DNA from: a virus
Lineage: Duplodnaviria > Heunggongvirae > Uroviricota > Caudoviricetes
DNA length: 64,000 bases
Virus record (IMG/VR): IMGVR_UViG_3300035701_000015
Location: 12,009 to 76,008 of that record
Strand: one strand, 5' to 3'
Positions 7,748 through 16,490 of the stretch are shown one piece after another (positions within the stretch are counted from its first letter, which is position 1; each line of letters opens with the position of its first letter). The position numbers and the translations under genes were made by a program. The notes below the pieces were generated by a model that searched no databases, had not been told where the DNA came from, and saw only the letters and a list, made by a program, of their open reading frames with translations.

Positions 7748-8098
7748 ATGGGAAAGCTAAAGAGAGTAGAAGTTCGAGACATTTTAGAACAAGTAGTAGA
7801 CTTTGACAGTCTTACTCTAGAAGATGCTCGTAAGTTACTCGATAGTTTTTTAAGTAGATATGCTAGTATTTATCACAATATTTATTTTGAACAAAATTAT
7901 CAGCACGACATAAGCGATGAACTTCAGCTCATTGGCAACCGATTCGAGAACGACGAGGAATATGGAAGACGACTCGCTGATCAGAAGATGTTTCGAGACA
8001 ACAAGAAGAAAGAGAAAGAACAAAAGGAAGCTGAAGAATACAAAGAATATTTAAGACTCAGAGAAAAGTTTAATGGGTCGGTTAAGGGTAATTGGTGA
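7748..8098 (+). CDS. hypothetical protein
   Basis: The 3' end overlaps tRNA-Tyr by 24 nt. Confidence 0.5.
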   Translation: MGKLKRVEVRDILEQVVDFDSLTLEDARKLLDSFLSRYASIYHNIYFEQNYQHDISDELQLIGNRFENDEEYGRRLADQKMFRDNKKKEKEQKEAEEYKEYLRLREKFNGSVKGNW

Positions 8099-8163
8099 AC
8101 CCTCCAGTCTGTAAAACTGGCGCCTTTCGGCTAACACTGCAGGTTCGAGTCCTGCCCGGCCCA
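8075..8163 (+). tRNA. tRNA-Tyr (anticodon GTA), type II
   Basis: Acceptor gggtcgg/ccggccc, anticodon arm ccagt-ctGTAaa-actgg, 18-nt variable arm, T-arm gcagg-ttcgagt-cctgc. Confidence 0.55.
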
Positions 8164-8164
8164 A

Positions 8165-8461
8165 ATGGAAGAATATCCAATATGTCAAAGATGCGGCGTC
8201 TGTTGTGCATCTACTCTTTGTAGAGTAGGGAAAGATGGAGATAATGGCATCTGTTTTTTCTTAGAGAAAACTGAGAACAATATTTATTCTTGCTCTTTGT
8301 TAGCTTGGAGTAAAATCAAGGGAAGCGACATAAATATAAACAAAGGTTGCATCCTCAGGTCTAAGATCTTTATATTCGAGAATTACGAAAAATTAGCACT
8401 TCCTCGATTGGAGAAACGCTTTAGCTGTCAAAACTGGAAAGCTAACTTTGGCAAAAGCTAG
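8165..8461 (+). CDS. YkgJ-like CxxCxxCC zinc/iron-chelating domain protein
   Basis: CQRCGVCC motif. Confidence 0.45.
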   Translation: MEEYPICQRCGVCCASTLCRVGKDGDNGICFFLEKTENNIYSCSLLAWSKIKGSDININKGCILRSKIFIFENYEKLALPRLEKRFSCQNWKANFGKS

Positions 8462-8708
8462 AAAAGATATTGAAGAGCTTATAGAAGCCCCGGGACCTTA
8501 CGGACATAATATTGTAAGTCTTATTTTAAGAAGCATTGCAACAGAACTTGGCTATGATAAAGCTAATAAGATAGTTGAAGAGTTAGAGTTAGATAAAATC
8601 TTTTCGATTCCAAAATATTGGCCAGCTATTGATATGCTAAAAAACGGCATTAAAAATTCTCAAGTAGGATTTGAGGGACCTACTAAGAAAAAGTTTTCTA
8701 CTTTATAA
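8448..8708 (+). CDS. hypothetical protein
   Basis: ORF. Confidence 0.45.
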   Translation: MAKARKDIEELIEAPGPYGHNIVSLILRSIATELGYDKANKIVEELELDKIFSIPKYWPAIDMLKNGIKNSQVGFEGPTKKKFSTL

Positions 8709-8717
8709 GGAGAGAAC

Positions 8718-9014
8718 ATGCTCAAGCCAAATGAAGAAGATTTTTATACTCAGAAGTATTTCGAAGACATAAAATCGATGAATCAATCTTTGAGAAGCGA
8801 TCCAAAAAACATTCCTTTATTGTTTGAAGATCTCAAGCAATTGATGGTAGATCGTGGCTTTAAAGATCCCGAAGAAATAAAATCTTTGGCCATAACGATG
8901 TTGACTTTTCCATTTTCAGGGAAAGTGAAAATGACAGAAGCTGAAATAGAAGAAAACTATAATAAGCTTTTGCTCATTCTAGAAGACGGAATTCTTGAGA
9001 TTTGTGAGAACTAA
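8718..9014 (+). CDS. hypothetical protein
   Basis: ORF with AGGAGAG upstream. Confidence 0.5.
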   Translation: MLKPNEEDFYTQKYFEDIKSMNQSLRSDPKNIPLLFEDLKQLMVDRGFKDPEEIKSLAITMLTFPFSGKVKMTEAEIEENYNKLLLILEDGILEICEN

Positions 9015-9137
9015 TAAATCTCGTGAGTAAAGTAGAGATCGCCGAAGCGAGATCAGCAAGCTTTACTCACAGAGGAGCTGGAGAGGTCACAAGAGCAGAA
9101 GCTGTAATGGCTTCAGCAAGCTCAGGGGCCACGAATA

Positions 9138-9211
9138 GGGTCAGTAACGCAATGGTTTAGCGTACCAGACTTTTAATCTGGGAGTTGGAGGTTCGAATCC
9201 TCTCTGACCCA
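9138..9211 (+). tRNA. tRNA-Lys (anticodon TTT)
   Basis: Acceptor gggtcag/ctgaccc, anticodon arm ccaga-ctTTTaa-tctgg, T-arm ggagg-ttcgaat-cctct. Confidence 0.6.
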
Positions 9212-9214
9212 AAA

Positions 9215-9346
9215 GAAAGACTGACCGTGAAGGGGTTACCGACTGATAATCGAGAGGTCGTGAGTTCAAATCTCACTCAGTCTGAAAAGACTGATAGCTC
9301 AGGCTGGTAGAGCACTAAAATATCCTTTTGCAATTTCTTGTCTTTC
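9215..9346 (+). ncRNA. modular structured RNA (Y3) with degenerate tRNA-Ile-like module and duplicated 5' half
   Basis: Outer stem gaaagac/gtctttc, inner stem aagggg/cctttt. Degenerate tRNA-like at 9218-9284 (acceptor agactga/tcagtct, loop ctGATaa, T-arm gtgag-ttcaaat-ctcac). GAAA-capped acceptor hairpin, then a second agactga-ta-gctc-aggctggta-gagc 5' half (9288-9313). Confidence 0.4.
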
Positions 9347-9359
9347 TTTTTAAAAAACT

Positions 9360-9719
9360 ATGAACAAACAGATCACTCAAAATCTTTTAAAAGATCGAAC
9401 ATGTAATAATTGCGACCGCATGGAGGGTTACCGTCTCAGGCACGACCTCCCAATATGCTCTTTGAAAAAGAGAAGCAAGTATAAAACTTGTGAAGAATGG
9501 ACCGAAAGAGGTTATTTGTCATCCTCTATGTCGAGTAAAGAGTGGGTTGATATTATGTCAGTGAAAAAAGAAATAGTCTTTCCAATTAATCGCGCTGCTA
9601 CAATTCGAGGAGTACGAGTTTATATCACTGATACACGTGATCTCATTTATGAACAAAATTTTCCAGAATCTTATGTTGTTCCAACTGTGGGTGGTTCTAT
9701 AACTCTAAAGTTTACATAA
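9360..9719 (+). CDS. small Cys-motif family protein (LLKDRTCNNC)
   Basis: N-terminal QNLLKDRTCNNC motif shared with at least 9 other ORFs in this window. Confidence 0.5.
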   Translation: MNKQITQNLLKDRTCNNCDRMEGYRLRHDLPICSLKKRSKYKTCEEWTERGYLSSSMSSKEWVDIMSVKKEIVFPINRAATIRGVRVYITDTRDLIYEQNFPESYVVPTVGGSITLKFT

Positions 9720-9730
9720 GATAAAACTAA

Positions 9731-9850
9731 CAGCTGAAGTGATGAGTTTATCGGAAACTAGTTGTCTAGGTTCGACTCCTGGCTCCCATTTTTGGGATGT
9801 AGTGTAATGGTAGCACACCAGTCAAAACAACTTATTACGTTTACTTGCTG
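9731..9850 (+). ncRNA. modular structured RNA (Y4) with degenerate permuted tRNA-like module
   Basis: Outer stem cagc/gctg with TGAAG. T-arm-like tagg-ttcgact-cctgg, T-rich-capped acceptor-like hairpin, D-arm gtgt-aatggta-gcac (9802-9816), 3' CTTGCTG. Confidence 0.3.
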
Positions 9851-9927
9851 TTATTTATGAGTGGGATTATCAAAAAGAGTGAAGAGATAAGGTAGAAAAA
9901 TATGCGGAAATCCATTTAATTGATGAA

Positions 9928-10000
9928 GGGGCTGTAGCTCAACTGGGAGAGCATCACAATGGCATTGTGAGGGCAGAGAGTTCGACCCTCTCCAGCTCCA
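9928..10000 (+). tRNA. tRNA-Ala (anticodon GGC)
   Basis: Acceptor ggggctg/cagctcc, anticodon arm tcaca-atGGCat-tgtga, T-arm gagag-ttcgacc-ctctc. Confidence 0.55.
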
Positions 10001-10011
10001 AGGGCGACAAT

Positions 10012-10341
10012 ATGAAGTACGAAGTTGAGAAAACGTCTGAAAAAGAGAAAACGATAAAGCGTTTAAAAGACTGCTGGCACGAAATAATTACATCAAGAGG
10101 ATCAGATAAAGTAGCTAGATGTGAGCATTGTGATTATGGTAAATTTGAACTCAAATGGTATTGCCCTAAAAGCCCAGATCACATATGCCATTGGAAATCT
10201 ATGTTTGATTATCCAAGCGGTCTTAGATATGTATTTTCTATCAATGGCGAAAAGATATATTTGAAAGATAAAAGCTATAAGGGGAATTACGAATCACCAG
10301 ACTATTGTATATTTTGTGGTGAACCAGAAGAAAGAAAATGA
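10012..10341 (+). CDS. Cys/His-rich zinc-finger-like protein
   Basis: Start trimmed to the ATG after tRNA-Ala; CEHCDY...CPKSPDHICH...CIFCG. Confidence 0.5.
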   Translation: MKYEVEKTSEKEKTIKRLKDCWHEIITSRGSDKVARCEHCDYGKFELKWYCPKSPDHICHWKSMFDYPSGLRYVFSINGEKIYLKDKSYKGNYESPDYCIFCGEPEERK

Positions 10342-10640
10342 TTTGGGAATTAAACACAAACTATTATTATTTTATTTTTTATAACGCTGAAAAAGAATTT
10401 GGTTTAGCAAAAGTCGAAGTAATTGGGCGTCCGTTGTCGACGTATTTCCCTTTACTGAAAATATTAAAAATTTATACTCCAGACGTATGGTTAGGACATA
10501 AAGACAGAATCGCAGAAAATGGAACTGTAACTGCTAACGAATTCCAGGGAGTAGGAGCTTCAGGGCCAGACGGTTTCTTTTTCACTGAAAAAAGTCTAAT
10601 TGAAGCTATATTCGAGAAAGATAATTACAAATCAGATTAG
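10338..10640 (+). CDS. hypothetical protein
   Basis: ATGA overlap with the upstream gene. Confidence 0.45.
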   Translation: MIWELNTNYYYFIFYNAEKEFGLAKVEVIGRPLSTYFPLLKILKIYTPDVWLGHKDRIAENGTVTANEFQGVGASGPDGFFFTEKSLIEAIFEKDNYKSD

Positions 10641-10650
10641 GAGGCCAGTT

Positions 10651-10884
10651 ATGGCAGAAGCACAGAAAGGATATCAAATTAGTCAAGATAAGGGTAAAGC
10701 CCAGCAAGATATGAGAGGCAAGGGACCGGGAGCAGTTCGAGGAAAAGAATTCGGAGCTCAGAAGATGGGACCCAAGCAAGGTGATACTAAGGGTCAACCC
10801 AAGCAACCCTGGGGAAAGGGTAAGATGGGTGGGATGAAAGCTGAAGGCAATCAACCACACGAAGGCGACGGTGACGCTCAATAA
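10651..10884 (+). CDS. Gly/Lys-rich low-complexity protein
   Basis: GGAGG RBS then ATG; KGxG repeats. Confidence 0.4.
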   Translation: MAEAQKGYQISQDKGKAQQDMRGKGPGAVRGKEFGAQKMGPKQGDTKGQPKQPWGKGKMGGMKAEGNQPHEGDGDAQ

Positions 10885-10894
10885 GGAGAAAGAA

Positions 10895-11158
10895 ATGCCA
10901 CATAAAGATGGTAAGGGACCTGCCGAAAAAGGCATGGATTCATGCATAGATAAGCATGGGAACGTAAATGCTGAGCAGTTTAGTGAATTGTTTACGCGTG
11001 CCATTCGTGGCGAGCTAAATAATATCGATGACCCAAGAGGTGGTTATACACCCCGAGGCGGCTATCGAAAAACTGGACCCCAACCTGGTCCGGGCCCATT
11101 CCACGGTGAAACTACACACTATGGATTGGACGATGTCGGCCAAGGGGAAAAGAAATAA
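10895..11158 (+). CDS. Gly/Pro-rich small protein
   Basis: AAGGAG RBS; PRGGYTPRGGYRKTGPQPGPGP. Confidence 0.4.
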   Translation: MPHKDGKGPAEKGMDSCIDKHGNVNAEQFSELFTRAIRGELNNIDDPRGGYTPRGGYRKTGPQPGPGPFHGETTHYGLDDVGQGEKK

Positions 11159-11177
11159 CCAGCTCTTCTAGATATAA

Positions 11178-11203
11178 GGGTCATCTTCGGATGACCCTTT
11201 TTT
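11178..11203 (+). terminator. rho-independent terminator
   Basis: gggtcatc-TTCG-gatgaccc followed by TTTTTT. Confidence 0.6.
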
Positions 11204-11407
11204 ATTGGGAGCTTACAATAAAAATCTTAGCGTTTTGTAAAAAATGTGGGACTATAATTGGATTGACAAGAAAAGATCTTGCAATTACACTTTATCCATG
11301 CGATTTTTGTGGATATCATATTGGAATTCGTCTTCATTGGGTATGCATTTGTGGCACTAAAAGTAATTATGAATGTTTAAATAGAGAGCCTTGTGGTAAT
11401 TAACAAT

Positions 11408-11483
11408 CCGGCGGTAGCTCAGCTGTGGTATGAGCATCTGACTGAAGATCAGAGGGTCGCCCGTTCAACTCGGGCCCGTCGGG
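11408..11483 (+). tRNA. tRNA-Phe (anticodon GAA)
   Basis: Acceptor ccggcgg/ccgtcgg, anticodon arm tctga-ctGAAga-tcaga, T-arm gcccg-ttcaact-cgggc. Confidence 0.55.
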
Positions 11484-11497
11484 CAAGATAAAAAGAT

Positions 11498-11686
11498 ATG
11501 GAATGTAATCGAAAAGGCACATGCTTGTTTTATAAGAAATACAAGAACGTGTATGCAGCAGCTGAGTCTTTTATCAAGATCGCTTGCAGCAACATGAATG
11601 TACCATGCGCAAGAAGAATTTGGAAAGATCTTCGGAAAGATGAACCACCGGAAAATTATACTCCGGCTGGAACTAGAATTCAATAG
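11498..11686 (+). CDS. small hypothetical protein (62 aa)
   Basis: ORF between tRNA-Phe and tRNA-Lys. Confidence 0.3.
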   Translation: MECNRKGTCLFYKKYKNVYAAAESFIKIACSNMNVPCARRIWKDLRKDEPPENYTPAGTRIQ

Positions 11687-11759
11687 GGCTCGTGGCAGAA
11701 CGGATTTATGCACCAGACTCTTAATCTGGATTAAGGAGGTTCAATTCCTCTCGAGCTCA
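11686..11759 (+). tRNA. tRNA-Lys (anticodon CTT)
   Basis: Acceptor gggctcg/cgagctc, anticodon arm ccaga-ctCTTaa-tctgg, T-arm ggagg-ttcaatt-cctct. Confidence 0.55.
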
Positions 11760-11807
11760 CTTTTCAAATTTCAGGGTTCGAAACGATATGTGAATATTGT
11801 AGATTCT

Positions 11808-11879
11808 GTCCTGGTAGCCAAGTGGTAAGGCGGCGGTCTGCAAAATCGTTAATCGTCAGTTCAAATCTGACCCAGGACT
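11808..11879 (+). tRNA. tRNA-Cys (anticodon GCA)
   Basis: Acceptor gtcctgg/ccaggac, anticodon loop ctGCAaa, T-arm gtcag-ttcaaat-ctgac. Confidence 0.55.
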
Positions 11880-11894
11880 CACAGGACAAGACTG

Positions 11895-12143
11895 ATGGAC
11901 GAGAATAAACTAAAGAAGTTGAAGTCTATCAACTACAAAGTCAAAAGCTGTTGCGGTATGTGTGCTTACAGTAAGTTTAAGAATAGAGATTATTGGGGAA
12001 TTTGCAGAGCACATAAATATAAGCACGAAAAGCATACGGACTCGGCAAGACAGCTTTCAATTTATTGTTTTGGTAGTTGTCCTTACTTCAAAGTCAGTCA
12101 ATATTTCAAAGACGATTTGGGAGTATGGACTGAATTCTTATAA
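11895..12143 (+). CDS. Cys-rich small protein
   Basis: CCGMC...C...CFGSC. Confidence 0.45.
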   Translation: MDENKLKKLKSINYKVKSCCGMCAYSKFKNRDYWGICRAHKYKHEKHTDSARQLSIYCFGSCPYFKVSQYFKDDLGVWTEFL

Positions 12144-12185
12144 GGAGGTACAAAAATGACATGTTATAGTTAAAGGAGAATAAAC

Positions 12186-12428
12186 ATGTCTAGATCGTAC
12201 AAAAAATATCCTGGTTGGTCGGGAAGGCCTGCGGGTCCTTATGAAAAGAAAACATCTAACCATAAAGTTAGAAAAGCTCTTAGTATCGCTAATGGTTCAG
12301 CTTTCAAGAAGGTGTATAATAGCTATAACATCAGAGATTTCAATTTCAGATATTACAGTCAACGAGAAGCGATAGATAAACTAACTAAATATTATGACGA
12401 TAAAGTCTATCAATCTTGGATAAAGTAA
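12186..12428 (+). CDS. hypothetical protein
   Basis: AAGGAG RBS. Confidence 0.45.
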   Translation: MSRSYKKYPGWSGRPAGPYEKKTSNHKVRKALSIANGSAFKKVYNSYNIRDFNFRYYSQREAIDKLTKYYDDKVYQSWIK

Positions 12429-12434
12429 TCAGAC

Positions 12435-12507
12435 GCCCCCATCGTATATCGGATGAGTACTCCACGCTTCGAACGTGGCGGGCCGGGTTCAATTCCTGGT
12501 GGGGGTA
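12435..12507 (+). tRNA. tRNA-Arg (anticodon TCG)
   Basis: Acceptor gccccca/tgggggt, anticodon arm ccacg-ctTCGaa-cgtgg, T-arm ccggg-ttcaatt-cctgg. Confidence 0.5.
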
Positions 12508-12524
12508 AATAAGCGGAGACTAAT

Positions 12525-12842
12525 ATGACTTTCGGTGAAAAGTGGCGGAAAGATCTAATCGATGAGTGGATAACACACGAAACTCGTGAAAAGATTTCTT
12601 ATTTCTATCTTACAAATTACCGAGATGGATTTTTTACTGGATACTATATCTTAATTCAAAAAGGGTATCCAAAGAGCATAAATTATTCCGATCTAAAATT
12701 CAGCAATCGGATTATCGCTGAACTGAGTAATTGGGTTGGTTATAAAAAGATCACAGACAATTCTATGTACTTAACACTAGCTAAGTTAGTAACTCGGGCT
12801 ATGTTGAAGAATGATAAAAAATCAACTGGAGTTCTGGGGTAA
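12525..12842 (+). CDS. hypothetical protein
   Basis: ORF. Confidence 0.5.
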   Translation: MTFGEKWRKDLIDEWITHETREKISYFYLTNYRDGFFTGYYILIQKGYPKSINYSDLKFSNRIIAELSNWVGYKKITDNSMYLTLAKLVTRAMLKNDKKSTGVLG

Positions 12843-12845
12843 TTC

Positions 12846-13292
12846 TTGATCGTTAGACAGTTCAGAGGTTCTTTTGAATTTCTTAGTAATTTTCAAGAGA
12901 TACGTCCTTACATGTACATCGACGGAAAATATTGGTCAACTGTAGAACATTATTTTCAAGCAATGAAGACGCTTGATGAAGAAGAGCAAGAAAAAATCAG
13001 ATTAGCTACGCATCCAGCAATTTCTAAAATATTAGGAAAGAAAGTTCATCTGAGAGAAGATTGGGACAAAGTAAAAGAAGAGATCATGCTCAAGGCTCTA
13101 AGAGTCAAATTCGAGAACATTGAACTAAGACAGAAGTTGCTAGATACGGATGATGATGTTCTCGAAGAGGGCAACACCTGGAATGATCGTTATTGGGGCA
13201 AAGATCTCAACACTGGGTTTGGCCACAACAGACTCGGAAATCTTTTGATGCAAGTCAGAACAGAAATAAAAGAAGATGAAAATAATAGCTGA
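12846..13292 (+). CDS. NADAR/YbiA-like domain protein (DUF1768)
   Basis: FLSNF...YWSTVEHYFQAMK...REDWDKVK...ALRVKF...WG.DLNTGFGHNRLGNLLMQVR. TTG start. Confidence 0.6.
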   Translation: MIVRQFRGSFEFLSNFQEIRPYMYIDGKYWSTVEHYFQAMKTLDEEEQEKIRLATHPAISKILGKKVHLREDWDKVKEEIMLKALRVKFENIELRQKLLDTDDDVLEEGNTWNDRYWGKDLNTGFGHNRLGNLLMQVRTEIKEDENNS

Positions 13293-13482
13293 ATTAGAAT
13301 TATATGCAGATAAAGATTGCCCTGACGATGAAGATCATGATTACGATAATTGTCCTTATTGCCAAGCAAGACACGCTATTAACGAAATCGGAGAAATAGC
13401 GGAAGAGTACTTGAAGAAAATAAATATGATGGCGAAAAAAGAAAATTATATATCCCAACCTTGGTGGCAATTGGGACGTTAA
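13276..13482 (+). CDS. hypothetical protein
   Basis: ORF. Confidence 0.4.
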   Translation: MKIIAELELYADKDCPDDEDHDYDNCPYCQARHAINEIGEIAEEYLKKINMMAKKENYISQPWWQLGR

Positions 13483-13486
13483 GCAT

Positions 13487-13560
13487 GGTGGGCGTAGCCG
13501 AGCGGTTCAGGCGATGGTCTGTGAAACCATTCATCGAGAGTTCAAATCTCTCCGCTCACC
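13487..13560 (+). tRNA. tRNA-His (anticodon GTG) with encoded G-1
   Basis: g-gtgggcg/cgctcac, anticodon arm atggt-ctGTGaa-accat, T-arm gagag-ttcaaat-ctctc. Confidence 0.6.
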
Positions 13561-13584
13561 CAAATCAGTATGAGAGGAGATAAT

Positions 13585-14034
13585 ATGGCCGCAGATCTAC
13601 ATATTCACATTTTCGAAGGCATTACTGAAGATGACCTTCGAGTCATGAACTCACACACCATCGGCTCAAAGTATTTTAATTTTAACGCTTGTCTTCCCTG
13701 GGAAGAAGAACGAAAAATCTCCGACAAAGTTGGAAATACTCCCAATATTTGGATTGGTGAAGTTTCTTGGCTTAAAGCTGCACTCTACGAAGATGGTGCT
13801 GATACTTTCATTCCTAACACAGTAGGAGACATTGCTGACCTTGTCGGAGAAGACTTACCCATCATAGACGATGAATTCATTGCGAAAGTTGTTGCAGCTT
13901 TCAAGCAGCCAAATAACACTGCGAAAGAGGTCGGACCCTGGAGTGGAAAGGGATACTCTCTAGCGAAAGCTGAAGAAGTGAAGGCGTTCCTTGAGCTTCA
14001 CAAAGGTAAAAAAGTATTTCAGATTTCTTGGTAA
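13585..14034 (+). CDS. hypothetical protein
   Basis: GAGGAG RBS then ATG (MAADLH...). Confidence 0.5.
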   Translation: MAADLHIHIFEGITEDDLRVMNSHTIGSKYFNFNACLPWEEERKISDKVGNTPNIWIGEVSWLKAALYEDGADTFIPNTVGDIADLVGEDLPIIDDEFIAKVVAAFKQPNNTAKEVGPWSGKGYSLAKAEEVKAFLELHKGKKVFQISW

Positions 14035-14297
14035 GAGATAATATGTTAATAATACTTAGTGAAATAAAAGAAGAACGTAAAAGACAAGACAAAAAGTGGG
14101 GAGAGCAAAATCATCATCCTTTAATCTGGAACAACATTCTCGGTGAAGAATACGGAGAAGTCTGCAAAGCTACCATAGAAGCCACCGAGAATGATTATTC
14201 GAAATACCGCAAAGAACTTGTTGAGGTTGCAGCTGTAGCAGTTGCTGCAATTGAAAGCTTAGATAGAGGAAAGTGGAAAGAAGATGAACGAACTTGA
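14028..14297 (+). CDS. hypothetical protein
   Basis: ORF. Confidence 0.45.
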   Translation: MVRDNMLIILSEIKEERKRQDKKWGEQNHHPLIWNNILGEEYGEVCKATIEATENDYSKYRKELVEVAAVAVAAIESLDRGKWKEDERT

Positions 14298-14715
14298 TTA
14301 CGATAGAACTCATCACATTAAAATGGTTATTGCTATGAGACGAGACTTAAATATGAGGCGTGGGAAGCAAATAGCTCAAGGAGCTCACGCAGCAATGAAA
14401 ATATTTTTAGACAGAATGAAAATTGAAGAAGATCCTTTGCACAAAGATAAGTACATTATTCACATATCAGACATAGACGAAGCCACGAAATTCTGGATAA
14501 CTGGCGCTTTTACCAAAGTTGTAGTAGGAGTTGATGATGAAGAAGGAATTTATGATTTGGCTAAAAGGGCTACTGAGCTTGGCATTCCTCATGCGGTCAT
14601 TGTTGATAGTGGCTTTACAGAATTTCGCGGAAACAAAACTACGACCTGTATTGCGATCGGTCCTGCCGAAGCGGAAAAAATCGACCCAATAACTCGTCAC
14701 TTAGTACTCATCTAA
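14284..14715 (+). CDS. pth2: peptidyl-tRNA hydrolase, PTH2 family
   Basis: KMVIAMRRDLNMRRGKQIAQGAHAA...KVVVGV...AIGP pattern typical of Pth2. Confidence 0.55.
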   Translation: MNELDYDRTHHIKMVIAMRRDLNMRRGKQIAQGAHAAMKIFLDRMKIEEDPLHKDKYIIHISDIDEATKFWITGAFTKVVVGVDDEEGIYDLAKRATELGIPHAVIVDSGFTEFRGNKTTTCIAIGPAEAEKIDPITRHLVLI

Positions 14716-14749
14716 TAGCATAATTATATCGAAAGATAATTAAGAGAAC

Positions 14750-14823
14750 CGGGACGTGGCCTAGTGGCTTAAGGCGTCTGCTTTGGGAGCAGAAGATCGG
14801 GAGTTCAAATCTCCCCGTCTCGA
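14750..14823 (+). tRNA. tRNA-Pro (anticodon TGG)
   Basis: Acceptor cgggacg/cgtctcg, anticodon arm tctgc-ttTGGga-gcaga, T-arm gggag-ttcaaat-ctccc. Confidence 0.55.
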
Positions 14824-14869
14824 ATCGGCTGTTAGCCGAAATAATATATTATTTCACAAGGAGTCAAAA

Positions 14870-15148
14870 ATGACAAAACTGGTGACAAAGAAACATGAAA
14901 CACGCGAGGGCGAGATCCTCGTCAGGAAGATCAAAGTCAACGAACAGGATTATCAGTTCGTGAAAGACAACATTGATCTCGTGACAATCGACGTGACCAA
15001 CAATGTCCCCAAGTATTACAAGAACGGGGATACAATCTCGTTGGCTAGAGCTCTTCTCCTAAACAGGAGAGTGAAGCCCACTAAGAGGATCCGAAATCTC
15101 AGCGGAGATCCATATGATCTTCGGGTTGAGAACCTATCTTACAAGTAA
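14870..15148 (+). CDS. hypothetical protein
   Basis: Start trimmed to the ATG after tRNA-Pro. Confidence 0.45.
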   Translation: MTKLVTKKHETREGEILVRKIKVNEQDYQFVKDNIDLVTIDVTNNVPKYYKNGDTISLARALLLNRRVKPTKRIRNLSGDPYDLRVENLSYK

Positions 15149-15163
15149 AATAAAATGGATTAG

Positions 15164-15193
15164 GGCTGGCTCTAAAAAGCCAGCCCTCTTCTG
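15164..15193 (+). terminator. rho-independent terminator
   Basis: gggctggc-tctaaaaa-gccagccc followed by tcttct. Confidence 0.5.
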
Positions 15194-15201
15194 AGAGTTC
15201 A

Positions 15202-15663
15202 ATGAAAAAACTATTTATTATATTATTTTTATTCTTTTTAGTATCTGCTAGTTTGTTTGCACTCGATATTATACCGCCAATTGATGGCGATTATTTTATG
15301 TCAAGTGGAATAGGACGCCGAAGTGGTATAGGCGGTGGAGAAGGTAACTTCCATCGTGGAATTGATATAGTTGGTCCTCATCGTTGTGAAATAAGAGCTG
15401 TTGCTGATGGAGTTGTAGTTTCACATTGGCCAGCCCCAGATGGAATTAAATGGTTTGGGCATCCTAAGCTTGGTGGAATGATCATGATTAAACACGATGG
15501 GTTCTATAGCATCTATGGACATCTTAGTGCAACTTATATTCACGAAGGTATGAAAGTAAAACAAGGAAGTGTTATTGGAAGACAAGGAGCAACTGGAGTA
15601 GTAACCGGAGAACATTTACATTTTGAGATCATTATCGATCCCACGCTGTTATTCCAAAAATAG
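15202..15663 (+). CDS. secreted M23 family metallopeptidase
   Basis: Signal peptide; HRGIDI...GHL...GxxGxxTGxHLHFE. Confidence 0.7.
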   Translation: MKKLFIILFLFFLVSASLFALDIIPPIDGDYFMSSGIGRRSGIGGGEGNFHRGIDIVGPHRCEIRAVADGVVVSHWPAPDGIKWFGHPKLGGMIMIKHDGFYSIYGHLSATYIHEGMKVKQGSVIGRQGATGVVTGEHLHFEIIIDPTLLFQK

Positions 15664-15674
15664 AGGCTAAAGCT

Positions 15675-16256
15675 ATGATAAAAAAGCTTAGGGCGGTAAT
15701 AATTTTATTCTTATTTTTTGCTCTTTGCTTTTCTACTCAAGGCGAGACTAAATGGTATCGAACTCAGGCAGGAACCGGAATAGGAAACTGCGGACCCACT
15801 TGTGTTTCTATGGCTATTGCCTGGTCAACTCAAAAGAATGTACCTGTTGAAACTATCAGAGATTTTCTCGGGTATCAGAGGGAAAATGGCGCAACTGACT
15901 TTATGGAGTTAGCCCTAGCTCTCAGAGAGTGGAAAGCTATCTATGACATAGAAGCCATCAACAATCTTTCAGGACTAAAAGAATTAGTTAAAAGAAAAGA
16001 TATGATAGTTATTGTCCTTATCAATACGTCTGGAATCACAACAGCACCTCTAGAAGATATAGATATTTTCGGCAAGAATTATGATTATGAAGTTGGCCAC
16101 TATATAATTCTTACAGACGTTATCAGCAACTATTTCGAAGTACAAGATCCGCTTCCTGGAGGCTCAGACAGAAGGTATAAGATTCAGGAAGTATGGGACT
16201 CGATGAAAGACCGCAAAGTAATCCTCATAAGAAATTTGAATATAAGAAATGTCTAA
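15675..16256 (+). CDS. secreted papain-like (C39-like) cysteine peptidase
   Basis: Signal peptide; GNCGPTC catalytic Cys context and a downstream HYIIL His. Confidence 0.45.
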   Translation: MIKKLRAVIILFLFFALCFSTQGETKWYRTQAGTGIGNCGPTCVSMAIAWSTQKNVPVETIRDFLGYQRENGATDFMELALALREWKAIYDIEAINNLSGLKELVKRKDMIVIVLINTSGITTAPLEDIDIFGKNYDYEVGHYIILTDVISNYFEVQDPLPGGSDRRYKIQEVWDSMKDRKVILIRNLNIRNV

Positions 16257-16455
16257 TGGGTCTGAGATTATACTAAATCTCCTACGAGACAGAACTTGTG
16301 ATAATTGTTATTATGGACAAGGCCTCTTCTGTCACGAAGATACTAAAATATTTCCCGAAGAAAATACTTGTAATCTTTGGGAACCTTGCAAACATTATAC
16401 TGGGAAACCTTATACTGGAAGTTCACAGCTCGAAAGTTTCGAATCTGAGTTATGA
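16249..16455 (+). CDS. small Cys-motif family protein (LLRDRTCDNC)
   Basis: Family motif. Confidence 0.45.
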   Translation: MSNGSEIILNLLRDRTCDNCYYGQGLFCHEDTKIFPEENTCNLWEPCKHYTGKPYTGSSQLESFESEL

Positions 16456-16490
16456 TGATTATATCATAATCTTTCGATAGGAGGACTTCC

